Origin: a virus
DNA: 64,000 bases
Reading direction: 5' to 3' (one strand)
IMG/VR virus record: IMGVR_UViG_3300007538_000022
Span: 26,275 to 90,274 of that record
Positions 49,476 to 56,587 of this stretch are shown piece after piece. The notes beneath the pieces are model-generated. The model was not told the DNA's origin. It worked only from the letters and a program-made list of their open reading frames with translations, and ran no database searches. The position numbers and the translations under genes were made by a program. Position 1 is the stretch's first letter; the number at the start of each line of letters is the position of its first letter.

Positions 49476-49915
49476 GCATAAGTAGTTCTGTTGACCGGAT
49501 ACTTACAATCCGCGAACCTGCTGGTTATTAAGCAGCCATTTCCAGATCGGAAAACAATCCTTCAATTTTCAGTTCAGGGGTAAATGTTTTATTGTCATTT
49601 ACATTAATTACTTCTTTGTCTAATCTAATTAGACTTATGTTAATTCCGCGAATACTAATATTCAAGCATACATTAACAACGGTTTTCCGTATTAACCGAT
49701 TCTCACTATTACCAAACATACCACGTCGAAACTATGTCACCCCCATCGTAAGCACTATTCATTAACTAACGCATTACGATATTCGTCTTAGGTTTTTAAT
49801 TTGCTATGCTGGAAGATACCTTATCTCCCGATTACCACTTAATAGTGCTTATGGTGGAGGTGGCGGAGAATCGCACTCCGCGTCCGCAATATCCCTAATA
49901 ACAGGTCAACGAATT
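49476..49915 (-). ncRNA. ssrA: Circularly permuted two-piece tmRNA (alphaproteobacterial type): acceptor piece about 49915-49852, intervening segment 49851-49745, coding piece 49744 to about 49476
   Basis: The 3' end GGACGCGGAGTGCGATTCTCCGCCACCTCCACCA precedes the 5' end GGGGGTGACATAGTTTCGAC; 7-bp acceptor stem with G3-U70; tag frame VNDN...EMAA followed by TAATAA; GGTCAACAGAA 3' motif. Confidence 0.92.
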
Positions 49916-49916
49916 C

Positions 49917-50063
49917 TTAATAAAACTTATTTTTATATTTATAATCTAAGTCAATTCGAGCTTTTCTATCGAGGATCTTTCGTTCTTTCCACCAAGAAAT
50001 TGGAGGATCAAACTTAGAAAAGTAATCCTTAGGCCTTTGTTGAGATTTAATTTTTTTACTCAT
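49917..50063 (-). CDS. Small basic protein (48 aa, not in the track)
   Basis: MSKKIKSQQRPKDYFSKFDPPISWWKERKILDRKARIDLDYKYKNKFY; overlaps the upstream stop. Confidence 0.5.
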   Translation of the reverse strand: MSKKIKSQQRPKDYFSKFDPPISWWKERKILDRKARIDLDYKYKNKFY

Positions 50064-50373
50064 TTGAAATAGCAATAGTTAAAACTTCTTTTAATGATAA
50101 CTTATTTAAGTCTGCAAAGCAACTTACAATAGATAAGTTTCCTTTTGACAAGTCACCACCGCAAAACATAATAATGTCTTGCTCAGTTAGCAATTCATTT
50201 TTATGTTGTGCCAACCAAAGCAATGCTAAAACAACAGCAGATGATGCTTTAGATTCGGAGATTCTATTTTGTTTTTTTATAAATCGAACTGCTTGATCTT
50301 TTACAGTTACATAATCTATAATACGATGTGTTAAGGATTCAAAATATGCGATTGTTTCTTGTCTAGGGGTCAT
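50056..50373 (-). CDS. Hypothetical protein
   Basis: ORF within the operon. Confidence 0.65.
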   Translation of the reverse strand: MTPRQETIAYFESLTHRIIDYVTVKDQAVRFIKKQNRISESKASSAVVLALLWLAQHKNELLTEQDIIMFCGGDLSKGNLSIVSCFADLNKLSLKEVLTIAISNE

Positions 50374-50959
50374 TGTATTGTTTAGTAGTTAAAATAAAAT
50401 TTGTAATTTCTTTCCATGTACTAAATCTATGTACGTTAGAATGCTCGATTTCTCTGTTATATTTATGATCTAAAATAATTGGTTGTAAATTATGCGATAA
50501 TCCATCAAAAATATTTTCCCATTTATCTTCAATCCAAAACATATTAGTATCTTTATACCTACTTAATGAATTATACTTGCTAGAGCTACATGGTAAACAT
50601 ATTATACTATTAAATGCGTAATAACCAAAGACATTTTTTAAATTTTTTTCCCTTAATGCAACGGAATACACATCATTTGAAAAACTAGTAATACATTCAA
50701 TTATAAATCCATTCCTACGTAGAGTATCGATACCTTGTTTAGCATCTCTTAATGCAGGTAAAAATCCAATCCACGACGAGTTATTAAATTCATTTACAAA
50801 GTTAATAGCAGTATTTACTGGAATTTCATAACGATCTGAAGGATAGTACGCATTCTCGTTTTTTATCTTATAAGATCCTTTTAAATTAAGCCATTCATGG
50901 AAATATTCATCCCAGTTAAGTAATACACCGTCGACATCGACTAATACTTTGTTAAACAT
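50363..50959 (-). CDS. HAD-family 5'(3')-deoxyribonucleotidase-like protein
   Basis: LVDVDGVL, ITS, WIEDK, YNR. Confidence 0.8.
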   Translation of the reverse strand: MFNKVLVDVDGVLLNWDEYFHEWLNLKGSYKIKNENAYYPSDRYEIPVNTAINFVNEFNNSSWIGFLPALRDAKQGIDTLRRNGFIIECITSFSNDVYSVALREKNLKNVFGYYAFNSIICLPCSSSKYNSLSRYKDTNMFWIEDKWENIFDGLSHNLQPIILDHKYNREIEHSNVHRFSTWKEITNFILTTKQYNDP

Positions 50960-51252
50960 TAGTTACATCCACAATCTTCAGTTGTTTTTGGTCTTTTTGT
51001 ATTATAAACTGCAATATCTAATTGCTTTTGAATGTCTTGAAATTTAATAGTTTTTAATGCAACTGGCAATACAGGATTCATATGAACTTGATGCCCTGAT
51101 ATAATTTGACTACCAGACGCATTAATAATATTTACACCGTTAATTTCGTGTGCTACATTTGATTTCCATCTAATAATTACTGAGCCGTCGTTGAATGTTT
51201 CAACTTCGTTAATTGCGTTTAATAGTGAATTTAATTTTTCTTCATTTGTCAT
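50959..51252 (-). CDS. Hypothetical protein, possible short beta-helical spike-like segment
   Basis: NDGSVII...INGVNIINASGSQIISGHQVHMNP; lies in the PAAR operon. Confidence 0.45.
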   Translation of the reverse strand: MTNEEKLNSLLNAINEVETFNDGSVIIRWKSNVAHEINGVNIINASGSQIISGHQVHMNPVLPVALKTIKFQDIQKQLDIAVYNTKRPKTTEDCGCN

Positions 51253-52881
51253 TTAATTACCCTCAGTCGGTGGTATGAAATTTAAATCTTCGTATGTAAA
51301 TTCTTTTACGACATTTACTAAATAGTCGATAGTTTTTGCATTTTTTGGAGTAGAGCTATGATTTTCTTCAAACACTGATAACCTACCATCTAAGATTGTA
51401 GGAAATAATAATGCACGAACTTCATCTATTTTTTCTTCAATATCAAATGCGTTGCTGTCTAACATTAGAACTTTAGACCCATCTCGAATCTCATAAACAG
51501 CTTCTAATCTTAATCTCATAGGTACTATACTAAACGGTTCTAAAACACCTTCATTAGGTTGTCCGTTTGCACTTTCAAAAACGTATTCTACACCTGGTAC
51601 AATTCTTGGATTTTTAGGATTATTACGATAGTACGGACTGGTTTCTATTTCATAAAACAACACTTTATCTAAAAATTGATAGCCTAGTGAATACGGTCGC
51701 ATAGTTTCACCTTTGCCAAATGGGTCATCAGTTTCTGCAAGTTTTTGAATTGTATCTTCGCTACATTCGTCAAATTCATCAATAAAAACCCCACCTGCAG
51801 GATTTTGACCGTATAGTTTTTCTCTAACTAGAAAATCAGGATCGCTGAACACATTATTTTGTCCTATAAATTCTGTAGGATATTGATTCACACACGGGTC
51901 CGTATCAAGAACACACAGCAAATACTGATCAGCTAATTGATTTTTAATATAAACTTCGTTGTAGTAAGGCATAGAGCTTCGAACTTCATCCTCTCCAATA
52001 GGTTCTATGCATGGGCTTGATACTTTTAAATATAACCAATTCTTTGTTAAAACATCATCTAAATTGCTATAGTCGTATTTTAGTGATCGTAACTGGTTTA
52101 AATGAAATATTAAATTAGTAAGTAACCCAATATCATAATGTGATGGAGAATACTTAGTTGTGTAGTATACATCGATTATTTCACCATCGATTTCAACTTG
52201 TTCATATAAATCTGTACTTATGTCAAATTTTTCATATTCAGGCATGTACCCAGCAAATTCACCCGCTTCACCTATTTTAAAGTATTCATAAAGTCCAGCT
52301 TCGATAAAAGTGTAACTGTAATCTTTTACATATACCCAAGATTCACCATTGAGCGATACTGTTTCTTCTTCTAGTCGACTTGCTGGATTTACTGTAATTG
52401 TATGTTTCTCTGATTGATTAAAACCTTGCCATTCGTATGTAAACACAGACAGTAATCTTAAATTATCAAAAAAGTCGTGACTAGATGGTAAAGTTTCAAC
52501 ATGATACCAATTGTATTGAAAATACCAGCGTTGTAATTCATGTGTAAGAATTGCAACATTATTGTTAATATAATTATTTAATGCTAAATTCCACAAAGAT
52601 TCTGGTAATTTTTTATTATTCCAACTTAATACATTGTCTAATAGATGAGTTCTAAATCGCTCCAATCTAAGCCACGGTATCGAACCCCCATATTCAGATT
52701 CGTAGTCGCCTCGAATAATGCTACGATATGGAAATTCTCTAACATTTGTACCACTATGTAATAATTTATCACCGTTTGTGTACTCTTGAATTACATCAGC
52801 AGATTCATTAATTTCCAAGAAATATTCTTCTCGCATAGTTCGATCTGCATTAGGCGATGCATGGATGTTAGTATCGACCAT
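51253..52881 (-). CDS. Large acidic hypothetical protein downstream of PAAR
   Basis: 542-aa ORF rich in E/D/Y. Confidence 0.7.
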   Translation of the reverse strand: MVDTNIHASPNADRTMREEYFLEINESADVIQEYTNGDKLLHSGTNVREFPYRSIIRGDYESEYGGSIPWLRLERFRTHLLDNVLSWNNKKLPESLWNLALNNYINNNVAILTHELQRWYFQYNWYHVETLPSSHDFFDNLRLLSVFTYEWQGFNQSEKHTITVNPASRLEEETVSLNGESWVYVKDYSYTFIEAGLYEYFKIGEAGEFAGYMPEYEKFDISTDLYEQVEIDGEIIDVYYTTKYSPSHYDIGLLTNLIFHLNQLRSLKYDYSNLDDVLTKNWLYLKVSSPCIEPIGEDEVRSSMPYYNEVYIKNQLADQYLLCVLDTDPCVNQYPTEFIGQNNVFSDPDFLVREKLYGQNPAGGVFIDEFDECSEDTIQKLAETDDPFGKGETMRPYSLGYQFLDKVLFYEIETSPYYRNNPKNPRIVPGVEYVFESANGQPNEGVLEPFSIVPMRLRLEAVYEIRDGSKVLMLDSNAFDIEEKIDEVRALLFPTILDGRLSVFEENHSSTPKNAKTIDYLVNVVKEFTYEDLNFIPPTEGN

Positions 52882-52883
52882 TT

Positions 52884-53174
52884 TTAATCTCCTGCAAATA
52901 CATCTGGACTATGCTCGTTGCATCGACTACCGCATGAGATAGGATCGCTTTGACGAGCATATTCTAAGTTATTTGCAAATACAGTTTCACTGCCATCTGC
53001 AACTACTCCAGAATGACACCCATTACCGCAACAATGAACAACATAAGAATCTGTTAATCTAATTTGATTTAAATTGTTTGCAAACACATCTGGACTCCAT
53101 GACGAAGGAGGTCTAGGAGGCCAGCATCCGTGTCCTGTACAATTATCTGTTCTTCTATGTACCGGTAATGTCAT
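52884..53174 (-). CDS. PAAR-domain spike tip protein (T4 gp5.4-like)
   Basis: PVHR.TD.CTGHGCWPP...SPDVFAN...H.C...H...GSETVFAN...ARQSDPISCGS. Confidence 0.92.
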   Translation of the reverse strand: MTLPVHRRTDNCTGHGCWPPRPPSSWSPDVFANNLNQIRLTDSYVVHCCGNGCHSGVVADGSETVFANNLEYARQSDPISCGSRCNEHSPDVFAGD

Positions 53175-53177
53175 AAT

Positions 53178-53465
53178 TTATAATGTAAGTCCTGAAGTTT
53201 GTTGCATATATGCTGATGCAATTTCTTTTGTTGTTTTGACAATTGAAATAATATGCGATGTGTTAATTTTAAAAGAATTGTCTAAATCAACTGAAAACAT
53301 ATAGGGAGTTAATCCTACGCCTTGTTGATTAATAGAAAGAGACATTGCTTTTGCTACTACAACAGCAGTAGAACTTTCATTCTCAAATCTTCCAATAACT
53401 TCTTCACCGGAAGTTAATTTTAATGAAATGATATCGTTTTGTTTATATGGTACATCTAACAGCAT
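53178..53465 (-). CDS. Conserved phage Sm-like/SH3-fold protein
   Basis: ISLKLTSGEEVIG...Y.QQTSGL. Confidence 0.6.
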   Translation of the reverse strand: MLLDVPYKQNDIISLKLTSGEEVIGRFENESSTAVVVAKAMSLSINQQGVGLTPYMFSVDLDNSFKINTSHIISIVKTTKEIASAYMQQTSGLTL

Positions 53466-53477
53466 ACTAACCTCTAT

Positions 53478-53702
53478 TTAAAGTTGAAATTTTAATAATT
53501 CATTAAGACCGCCAATGTGCATATCATCGACGAAAATTTGAGGAACAGATCTTGCACTTGGAACAGCACTTAATAAATCCTCTTTAGACCATCCATTGCC
53601 TATTTTTCTAATTTCAAATTCTAAGTTTTTAGAATTTAAAAATGAAACTGCTTGCTCGCATTGCGGGCATTGATCTTTACTCCATACAATTATATTATGC
53701 AT
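53478..53702 (-). CDS. Glutaredoxin (NrdC/NrdH-like)
   Basis: CPQC, RSVPQIF, IGG. Confidence 0.93.
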   Translation of the reverse strand: MHNIIVWSKDQCPQCEQAVSFLNSKNLEFEIRKIGNGWSKEDLLSAVPSARSVPQIFVDDMHIGGLNELLKFQL

Positions 53703-53727
53703 CTAGTTTTTCCTTGTATAAAAATAT

Positions 53728-54831
53728 TTATAGTTTGTAATTTGAAAAATTATTTATATTTAAGTCATGTTTAATACCGCCTACTATATAACTTTCAATT
53801 TCTGTCTCTTGAGGAGCATTTTGTAAAGTTGAACTAGACAACCAGTGTGTAGTCCACGGTAACGGGTTGTTATTAATCGGTGCATCAAACATTGGATTAT
53901 ATCCAATAGATTTAAGTCTTCGATTTGCAATATATTTACTGTACTGGTGTAACAATGTGCTGTTTAGACCTATAATCGAACCATCTTTAAATAAGTAATC
54001 AGCCCATGCCATTTCTTCAGCAATACAAGTTTCCCACATTTGATAAACTTCATCTTCGCACTCTTTAATAATGCTAACCATTTCAGGATCGTCTTTTCCC
54101 TGAGCCCATAATTTAATTATATGTGTAGAAATAGCTAAATGTTGTGCTTCATCTCTTGCAATTAAACTAATAATTTTAGCCGAACCTTCGACTAGTTTTA
54201 ATTCACCAAATGCAAATGAACACGCAAATGATACATAAAATCTTAATCCTTCTAAGATATTAACATTCATCATTGCAAGAAATAGTTTTTTCTTAACTTC
54301 CCGTAATGTTCCAGATTTGTTATAGATAAAATTATTAGCAGCATCTATGAATGAATCGTAATTCTTAGTTACACTTGATGCACGTTTAATAATCTCTTCG
54401 TCATTTAAAATAGTATCAAAAATTTCACTAGGATCAGGGTAAATATTTTTTATAATATGAGTGTATGATCTAGAATGAATTGTTTCAAAAAAGTCCCAAG
54501 TAACAACAGCACCTTCTAATTCAGGTAAACTGATAAATGGTAAAAATGCAGTACATGGACCTCTACCTTGTACAGAATCTAATAAGATTTGATACTTCAA
54601 GTTACTAGTGAAAATATGCTTTTGTTCAGGTCTAAATTCAGCATAATCTGCTCGATCTTTTTGGAGACTAACTTCCTCAGGCCTCCAAAAGTATCCTAAC
54701 ATTGTTTGATTTAATTTGTCAAATACGGGAAATCTAAAAACATCATATCTTTGTGTATTTTGATCCTCACCAAAAAACATATATTCTTTAGTAAAATCTA
54801 TGTTTTTATTATTGAAAATAGTTTTAGCCAT
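53728..54831 (-). CDS. nrdB: Class Ia ribonucleotide reductase beta subunit
   Basis: FWRPEEV, LLDSVQGR, ETIHSRSY, LEGLRFYVSF, RDEAQH, APQETEIESY. Confidence 0.97.
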   Translation of the reverse strand: MAKTIFNNKNIDFTKEYMFFGEDQNTQRYDVFRFPVFDKLNQTMLGYFWRPEEVSLQKDRADYAEFRPEQKHIFTSNLKYQILLDSVQGRGPCTAFLPFISLPELEGAVVTWDFFETIHSRSYTHIIKNIYPDPSEIFDTILNDEEIIKRASSVTKNYDSFIDAANNFIYNKSGTLREVKKKLFLAMMNVNILEGLRFYVSFACSFAFGELKLVEGSAKIISLIARDEAQHLAISTHIIKLWAQGKDDPEMVSIIKECEDEVYQMWETCIAEEMAWADYLFKDGSIIGLNSTLLHQYSKYIANRRLKSIGYNPMFDAPINNNPLPWTTHWLSSSTLQNAPQETEIESYIVGGIKHDLNINNFSNYKL

Positions 54832-54841
54832 TTATAATTCC

Positions 54842-55357
54842 TTACAGTTTACATGCGCTACATTCTTCATCTGAATCAGTAGCAGAATCGTCAATTTCAC
54901 TTGGGTCAGTTTTATAATCGTATGTATTTGAATAATAAACTGTTTTTAATCCATACTTATATGATTGTAGTAAATCTTCAGTTAACACGCTCATTGGAAT
55001 TTCATTGTTAGAATACTGAGTTGGATTATAACTCCAGTTAGTTGAAATAGATTGATCAAAAAACTTTTGCATAACTGCCATTATATTTAAATATCCTTTA
55101 TTTGAAGGCATATCCCACAGTAAAGTATAATGGTTTTTAAGTGTTTGATATTGAGGTACAATTTGCTTTAGTGGTCCTTTTTTTGATTTTTTAACAGATA
55201 AAAACCCTCTAGGAGGTTCTACACCGTTAGTTGCATTAGACACAACTGAGCTGTTATGCGAGATTAAATTCTCAACAACGTAATGATGAACATCAGGAAC
55301 TTCGATGTCATACGTTGGTAACACTTCATTTAAAAACTCTACTTTTTTAACTTTCAT
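54842..55357 (-). CDS. nrdA: NrdA fragment 4: split-intein-2 IntC (35 aa) plus C-terminal extein
   Basis: ...TYDIEVPDVHHYVVENLISHN|SSVVSNATNGVEPPRG; DQSISTN; KTVYY; C-terminal CSAC. Confidence 0.95.
   Translation of the reverse strand: MKVKKVEFLNEVLPTYDIEVPDVHHYVVENLISHNSSVVSNATNGVEPPRGFLSVKKSKKGPLKQIVPQYQTLKNHYTLLWDMPSNKGYLNIMAVMQKFFDQSISTNWSYNPTQYSNNEIPMSVLTEDLLQSYKYGLKTVYYSNTYDYKTDPSEIDDSATDSDEECSACKL
55253..55357 (-). mobile_element. Split intein 2, C-fragment (Ser+1)
   Basis: Blocks F/G: YDIEV..H.Y...SHN/S. Confidence 0.92.
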
Positions 55358-55359
55358 TA

Positions 55360-56307
55360 CTAATCCTTTAAGTTTAATTCAATAATATCATCATTTTCAT
55401 TTAATTCACTTGCATGCTTCCATAATGTTTGGTTATTTTCTGTTCGAACTAAGAATTTATGAGTCGGTGTACATTTAATTACTTTCCCATTATCTAAAGT
55501 AATCGATACAACTTCTTTATGACCGTTGAAATAAATTTTAGTTACTTCTTTATTCCCTTCAAGAGTTGGAACTATTAACGGTTCTTCTAACGTAAACCAT
55601 CCTATAGCATTATTTAATTCAATTCGATACCAACTAATATGATTCATTTCACAAATTTCGTGAAAGTTTAAATACCCTTTATTTGTTAAAATTTTATGTT
55701 CCCAGTTTAAGCACGATTCACTAGGCATTTGTGCAGATAATGTTGAATGACGTAAGCCATGTGTAACGATATCAGCTCTTAAACTTTCCCAATCGTAAGC
55801 AAGAGAATGTGGAACAATTAAGTCAACATCTTTTTTGTAAGTGTCAATTGGTAAGATTCCTTTTGAATATTTTGTACGGTTAAAATACAAACAAGGGCCT
55901 TTTTCTTTAGCTAAGTTGTTACTTGCTTTTAATAAGTAATATTGAAATGCCTCAGATAAATCGTGTACTAATTTCCAAGCCTTTGGATCATCATATTTCA
56001 CATGATGTTTAGCTAAGTAATGTGCTAACCCTACGTATCCGATTCCTAGAGATCTTCGAGCTTTAGTTTCAATTTCAGCCGCTTTAACAGGATATTCCTG
56101 ATAATCTATCAATTCATCTAAAGACCGTACAGTTAACTCGCACAGTTCTTCTAATTGATCTAAATGTTTAATAGATCCTAAATTAATAGCAGATAAAATG
56201 CAAAGAGCAATTGCAGGAGAATCTTTACTTACAATAACGTCTTCTTCAAAATACACATACTCATCGTCGTTATCGCACTCTGTTACAAAACTGTATAATT
56301 CATTCAT
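55360..56307 (-). CDS. nrdA: NrdA fragment 3: acidic head, central extein and split-intein-2 IntN (117 aa)
   Basis: AIALCILSAINLG, RRSLGIG..GLA, GLRHSTLSAQMPSES|CLNWEH...CTPTHKF. Confidence 0.95.
   Translation of the reverse strand: MNELYSFVTECDNDDEYVYFEEDVIVSKDSPAIALCILSAINLGSIKHLDQLEELCELTVRSLDELIDYQEYPVKAAEIETKARRSLGIGYVGLAHYLAKHHVKYDDPKAWKLVHDLSEAFQYYLLKASNNLAKEKGPCLYFNRTKYSKGILPIDTYKKDVDLIVPHSLAYDWESLRADIVTHGLRHSTLSAQMPSESCLNWEHKILTNKGYLNFHEICEMNHISWYRIELNNAIGWFTLEEPLIVPTLEGNKEVTKIYFNGHKEVVSITLDNGKVIKCTPTHKFLVRTENNQTLWKHASELNENDDIIELNLKD
55363..55713 (-). mobile_element. Split intein 2, N-fragment
   Basis: Block A CLNWEHKILT; block B IKCTPTHKFLV. Confidence 0.92.
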
Positions 56308-56318
56308 TATATTTCCTT

Positions 56319-56576
56319 TTAAATAGAACGATCTTGTAAATAATTACCAATCGATTTTTTGTACTCATTGTACTTATCCATATCTGATTTCTTAACTTTT
56401 ACTAATCGTTTTTCAGTAGTGCCGATGTCATCGATGTGTTGCAATGGAGTAGTAGGTAACGTAATTTCTTGGCAATTGTGTACAAGAATGTCATTTGCAT
56501 AAAAATTATGATTATCCTCGACGGTTATATCGTAAACTTCAATAGGGGCATCTAAATATTCTATAATTAAACTCAT
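56319..56576 (-). CDS. nrdA: NrdA fragment 2: split-intein-1 IntC (34 aa), 16-aa extein carrying the radical Cys, and basic tail
   Basis: VYDITVEDNHNFYANDILVHN|CQEITLPTTPLQHIDD followed by a 35-aa non-RNR tail. Confidence 0.95.
   Translation of the reverse strand: MSLIIEYLDAPIEVYDITVEDNHNFYANDILVHNCQEITLPTTPLQHIDDIGTTEKRLVKVKKSDMDKYNEYKKSIGNYLQDRSI
56475..56576 (-). mobile_element. Split intein 1, C-fragment (Cys+1)
   Basis: Blocks F/G: VYDITV..NHNFYAN..LVHN/C. Confidence 0.95.
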
Positions 56577-56587
56577 TGTGTATTTCC

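Noticed and set aside
49528-49719. 63-aa protein-coding gene
   Set aside because: Lies within the tmRNA coding piece; its C-terminus is the proteolysis tag frame
49852-49890. tRNA gene
   Set aside because: T-arm and CCA only; they belong to the permuted tmRNA
56215-56426. Self-splicing intron or ribosomal bypass joining NrdA pieces 2 and 3
   Set aside because: The ~210-nt AT-rich segment shows no intron core or bypass hairpin, and has a stop-SD-ATG arrangement with charge-complementary coding tails
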